This document shows, in pieces, positions 57,686 through 64,000 of a DNA stretch of 64,000 bases. The stretch lies in the NCBI RefSeq assembly GCF_009914755.1, contig NC_060928.1, one strand, 5' to 3'. Position numbers and translations under genes: made by a program. Each line of letters starts with the position of its first letter. The stretch's first letter is position 1. Origin of the DNA: the human T2T-CHM13v2.0 reference genome, Homo sapiens. Under the pieces are notes generated by a model that ran no database searches, was not told where the DNA came from, and saw nothing but the letters and a program-made list of their open reading frames with translations.

Positions 57686-60441
57686 TAATATGATTTTTCT
57701 GTATAGCTCTTAATTTAGCCTCACTTTGTCTGCTTTTTAGAACCAAACTGCTTCCATAGATGCTTCTCCCTCAAATTGTTGCCTCATATCTACAAGGTAC
57801 CCTTAGCCTTATAGGAAGTAAGTTTGCCGGCTCTTTTTTAAAATCTGCAGCTTCTGGACTGTTTCTTCAAAGTGTCTTTTCTCTGTTTCCTCCTGTACAC
57901 CCTCATGCTGTATCATCACTGTTTTAGGAAACAGTTCATTGAATTTGGGTCTAGGATTTCACTGTTTCCTATTTCCTCTAAGTAGGACATTTGCATAATA
58001 TTTCCTCATTGTCTATGTGTTGGGATGATTTCCAAGAATAAAAAGGGGAAATATTCACAGTACACCATAATGTTCAAACTGGAAGTTTTCAAGTTTCTTA
58101 TGATCTCTTTTTCTCTCTCTCTTTTTAGTATTCCTCAAGTATATTAAACTTTTTTGACTGAAAAGAAAAAAGTGTTACAATAGGAAAATTATTTTTTTAA
58201 ATCACAGTAAAGCACAAGTAAGTTTATGCTACTCTTCTCCCTGAAGATTGTTAGTAAAATTTTAGATGGCTCTCCACACCCATAATTTCTATTTATTCAA
58301 AGAACTCATGTTGTTTTGGCCACTTGAGCTATAATGTCACTATTATGTAAAAATATTTGATATATACCTTTTTGTTGTTTCAGTTGTTTTGTTTTATGAT
58401 GAGTATTTTTAGGTGGATATGAAAGTGGTATTCTGCTATGTCTTCAAATTATATTTCTATTCATACTCGGTAAGAGGAAAAACTCACACCTTATAGACAA
58501 CACAGCACTATTTTGGAGACACTATTATCTCTCATCTGCCCACATTGATTTTGGACTCTGATTTCTTAGAGTAACTTAGATGTGCCAATTGGAAAATATA
58601 ACCATCTTATTTGGAAAAGGGTGTTCAAATATAGTGCATTTTTGTCTGAGGTACAAGAATGCAACCAGAAGCATATAGTTGTATTTCCAAGTCTACAAAT
58701 GGTAGCAATCTCCAAACTGCATAAAATAACTTTTATATGTGGGTTGTGTCCTTTGAAGAAATTGGTTCTATTTGCTGTAGTCTATGCAGTGATAAATTTG
58801 CTTAAGTGCTCTGCTAAATTATTTTATGTTTATGTTGCCAATCATGTTGAAGACATAAAGTCTTGTATTTAAATTGAGATCAGTACAAAAAAAATGGGTG
58901 AAATAGGACAAAGAATGTGGAATTCAGATTTTACTGTCCCTTTTCTATTTTTCCTCATTCCATAAAGAAATTATACAAAGAATAAGGGAAACTTATTATT
59001 CAGAAACAGGCTATGAAAAAGAGAATGATAACAATGCCAGGAAAGTCATGGAAATAATTAAATGTTCTAATATATTAATATAACACAAAGAAAAATCAGA
59101 GGAAATTTTAAGAAAGAGAAAGCTATTTTATAATTAATCAAGGCTCCAGAGAAAAGTTTTTAACATTAAAATTTTTTTAAAAGATACAGTAATTTATATT
59201 TTCTCCTAGTATTTTATTTCCTTTAAAGGAATTAAGAAAACCAAATTTCCTGTCTTCTTAATTCCCAAATTGGGAGTAACACAAATCCAGCTGTATTTAC
59301 TCTTTTCTGTGTGTTTTATAATCGTTTGTATGACATTCCTTCCTTTTTCTGTCTTCTATTTGTTAGTTTTGGTGTTTTACCTAACTTGCTTTTCTAGTCT
59401 TTCCACATTTATAGGCTTCATACAGCATTGTTTATATGTGATATAAATAAGCTGATCTGAAATTGTTATAAAATCAACTGCCGTTTCTGAATATCACCAA
59501 CATGTACTTGAATCCTTCTGGTTTTCAGGATCCTGGCACCTCTCCAAGGCCTCTGTCCTCCCTTGTTCTTTGTTCTCAACTCTGCCCCCGTCACTTCTGG
59601 ACCAGGCATGCTGGTTTGCTTGCAACCCCTGAGCTACCCTTTACCAACAGCTCTCTCCATGGCTTATTTTCTCATATTTTCTTCATTGTCCATTAACAGG
59701 AAAAACTTCTCTTTCTTGAAGAACCTTAACATTTCCATTTTGTTTTTCTGTTACCAAACCAAGGATTTCAAATTTTTAGCTTTATTTTACACTTTTTAAA
59801 AGAAGGACAAAATGAATAGTAATGTAACAGTAGAATTATTGGAAAGGCAAAACAAAACAAACAACAGAACAGAAACAAACTATGCAGAAGCATTGTTTTC
59901 CTTTCTTTCTGTCTGTGCTGTGTATTGCTTAAGAACTCTGACTCACTGGACCTTCCTAGAACTAGTCAGTGAGATGTTGTAGCCTTTCAAATGAAGTCCT
60001 TCCTTTTTGCATGGTCTTTCAGCTCTTTGAAGGTATGGCTCCAGCATGGGTGTCCAGGCCATTTCTGTCACCAGCATTAGTGTAGACATACTGTATACTA
60101 GGGTAATTGTATCATTCACCATTGAACAAACACAGCCTTTCCATTTTTGCATTCACTCCATTGTTTTTTCACTTTTCTCTTCATCTGGAGTATCCTTCCA
60201 CATATTTTCAGTTGAAATCTCAACCATCCTTCAAAGTCAGTTGACAAGTTGCTTTATTAATAAATTCATGTCATATCGTTTCTGCTTGAAAAATATTTTC
60301 CTCATCTAATTCTATTAATTTTGATTATTGCATACTTATGACTCTCGTTACATTCTATATTCTCCGTAACTATTTTTTTAACCATTTCTTTTCTTCTCCT
60401 TATTGCTGTTTTACAAATGGAATGTTGTTAACTTTCTTTTA

Positions 60442-60772
<331 letters not shown>

Positions 60773-62117
60773 TCAGCATTCTCAACCTCAAAAAAACCCC
60801 ACAAACCTAGAAAGGACAAATTGTGTTTTTAAGTACAGATTTATAAATGTTTCTGGTACAGTTTGGTTTTTCTCTTTATTGAAACCTCTTGATGAAAGGT
60901 TTACTGTGGGATTCTTGTCAAGAATACATAACCTCAATCTAATCATGAGGAAATATCAGACAAATCAAACTGGGAGATTTTTGTGGAATCAAGGAAGATT
61001 CTACAAAATAATTGCTCTGTACTCTTCAACAGTATTAAAATCAAGAGGTTAAAAGAAAGGGTGAATTATTATTTCACAATAAACTAATCCAAAGCCATCG
61101 GCTCGGCACTATCCCAGAGCTTTCCCCATCTTCTACATTCAATTAATTTCTGTGGCTTAGAACTGTATCTCCGTGCCCATTTCTCATCCATTGGCCTAGA
61201 TCTTCATCTTCCATTTCACAGTCTACTACTAGAACCTCCCAGCTGGTGGCCTTTTTCCTCCCAATTTTTCTAAAACACATACTAAATTATGGGGCTCTAC
61301 GTCACCTATGGAATAAAGTCAAAATACCTTAAAGTAGCAGGCAAGGCCTCTCATAATCAAATATTATGTACAATTTTTTTTAAATTAGCAGGATTTAAAA
61401 CACTTACTTTGATTGTTCACAAATTTAGACAATAATCAATTCTATCAGTAAATGTGTAATGATAATTTAGTATATTTAGGACTAAGACCGGTACAACTGT
61501 TTTTGTGCTTCTAGAATTTATTAAGGTTTGAAAAATTGTTAGCTGACAACTTTAAGATTCAGGGATTGAATACTGACTTTTTTTCTTTCTCTAAGAAACT
61601 AATAGTTCATTATAACTTCAGAATTCCAATTAAAGTGATGGATTGTTTGAAAAGAATATTACTCAAAAAGTCTGAATTATAAATTGAGTTCAGGTATCTG
61701 ATACTTTACACAAGGGTTTTATTTTGTCCCAAAGAGTTTCTCTGGCTTGCATGATTTAATAATGTCACTCAAATTATTTCTGAGACTGTAAGGACTAAGG
61801 TTTCAAGGATTTTTCCCTCAATGTATGGTACATATTCAATTTCTCTTTAAAGAAGCTTTTTATATATTAATCAATTTATCTTTTTAAATTCTATTTTTAA
61901 TTCTTTCATTTTGTTTTTTAAAATATCATGTTTGGTCATTCTCATGTATATTGAAGAATGAAACTCAAACAACAAAATGGTTAGTAAACATTTATTAGTC
62001 CTAGGCAGCAGACTGTAATTATGATTTATTTATTGCTAATAAAATAAGATAAAGACATTTGATCAGGATATTTTTAGCTGTGTTTGTAAAAGCATTCTGT
62101 ATACGACTCTGGATAGC

Positions 62118-62514
<397 letters not shown>

Positions 62515-64000
62515 TAAACATATTCTTATTATGAATGTATACACCCTATTTCTGAGTTCTACTGCCTCCTTTTTTGAATCAAAAACTAAGGTACACTGTT
62601 TTATTACTCAGGATCATTGTGTTATTAACAACTTAGAAGTTAGCTTATATTATTCTTTGCTTTCCAAAAATCTTACCTTTCTTTAGATGATTTCCTCTTT
62701 ATTTTTGCTAAAAGCTGATTTTTTTTTAACATTTCAATTCCACATGGGAAATGATCATCTGCTGCATAAACAGCATGATTCCAAGGCTTTTCTGAAAATT
62801 AACTCTAGTGTTAAAGGGCAGAAACTATGTACAGAGCCCAGGAAAAAACAAAATTTTACTGTCTCTTATTATAAAATATCTAGTTCTGAAATCTATGCCA
62901 AGACAGTTGGTATCCTGAAGTCTACCTGTAATCCAAGGTCCAAAGAAATCTACCCTTATGTGATGATTGAGCCATTGGAGGGAGATCATACCTTTGAGCT
63001 GTGTTTGACTTGAACATGCTCTCCCTTAGCTGGTGACCAGCCACTTGGTAACCTCAGTAATTATTTTTCAAGACAGACACTTTAAACTTTATTTTCTTAA
63101 CATCAGTAACATTTTCTTGTTCACACGTATTTATGCTGGAAGTTAAGGTATAGGATCATGTGAGATTAGTTAACAGCTTGATTCAAGATGATGTATCTGA
63201 CACTGTTTTGCCATATTTTTATATTTCACACAGGAATAGAGTGAGAAACTTATATATTTTAACTTTATTCTTGACTGAGAAACACAATAGGTAGTTTAAA
63301 CTAAATTAAAAAATAAAGATTTTAAAAGTCAGACATTTTATGATATCACCAAATGAGAATTCACTTACATTCATTTATTGAGGATATGTATTTTTAACCT
63401 TGAGTTTTCATGAGTGATTTCAAATTACTTTTACTAGTGTCTTAATATTCTCATATGTTGAGAGAGCTGAAATTTTTAGTATCCCATTTTATAAGTTGCA
63501 TAATAGAAGGGTTGAAATTACATGGTTTTTTTCAGGAACTATATTCATTAAATGTTTATGGTTGTACTCTTTACTAGGCAATTATGATTTCCTTTTGACA
63601 GTAAGAGAAATATTAAGATATGTGGAAATCATCACAAGTGCTCCTCTAAAGCTCATCTCATACTTGTATTTTTTTGACTGTTAGTAGCATCATAATGCTA
63701 CAAAATGTATTTCTAGGGAGGTAAGTAATGCTCGTCAATCCATTTAATAGCTTCCCATATGAGGAAGCTTACTCTTATTCAACATTACTTTTTATTCAAG
63801 TACTTTTGCAGGAATTCAATTTGACTAACATTATGGAAATTGAGAACCTATATTTTTCAGCCCCGTTATTATGCTACCCTATCCCCTAATAAATGCTCTA
63901 TCATCCCTTCAATTCTTAAGCAGGGAGGATTTGTCTGAATCATTGCTTCATTATTCACAATGACCAGCACCATATACAATAATAATTTTTTTATTCAACT

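Overview
Human genomic DNA containing the promoter, exon 1, the ~38.9 kb intron 1, exon 2 and the start of intron 2 of BANK1 (B-cell scaffold protein with ankyrin repeats 1) on the + strand. An AluYa5 carrying all five diagnostic bases points to human origin. The 70 nt of exon 1 coding sequence (15128-15197) splice to a 399-nt phase 1-1 exon 2 (54054-54452), giving MLPAAPGKGLGSPDPAPCGPAPPGNTKDIIMIYEEDAEEWALYL...QSIIFK, the N-terminal TIR-like region. Upstream lies a near full-length decayed HERV-L provirus (MLT2B-type LTRs, minus strand) with a nested Tigger3a and a nested MLT2A solo LTR. The introns hold Alu, L1, L2, MaLR/ERV LTR and DNA-transposon relics. I found no evidence of a new multi-gene system. 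The leads most worth checking are regulatory or mechanistic: an MLT2A LTR with DUX4-like motifs and a splice donor facing BANK1, a PU.1-IRF element, exon 2 splicing features, a possible intronic poly(A) site, a twin-primed L1 and two template-switch scars. Repeat subfamily names and variant IDs come from memory, not from a database search.
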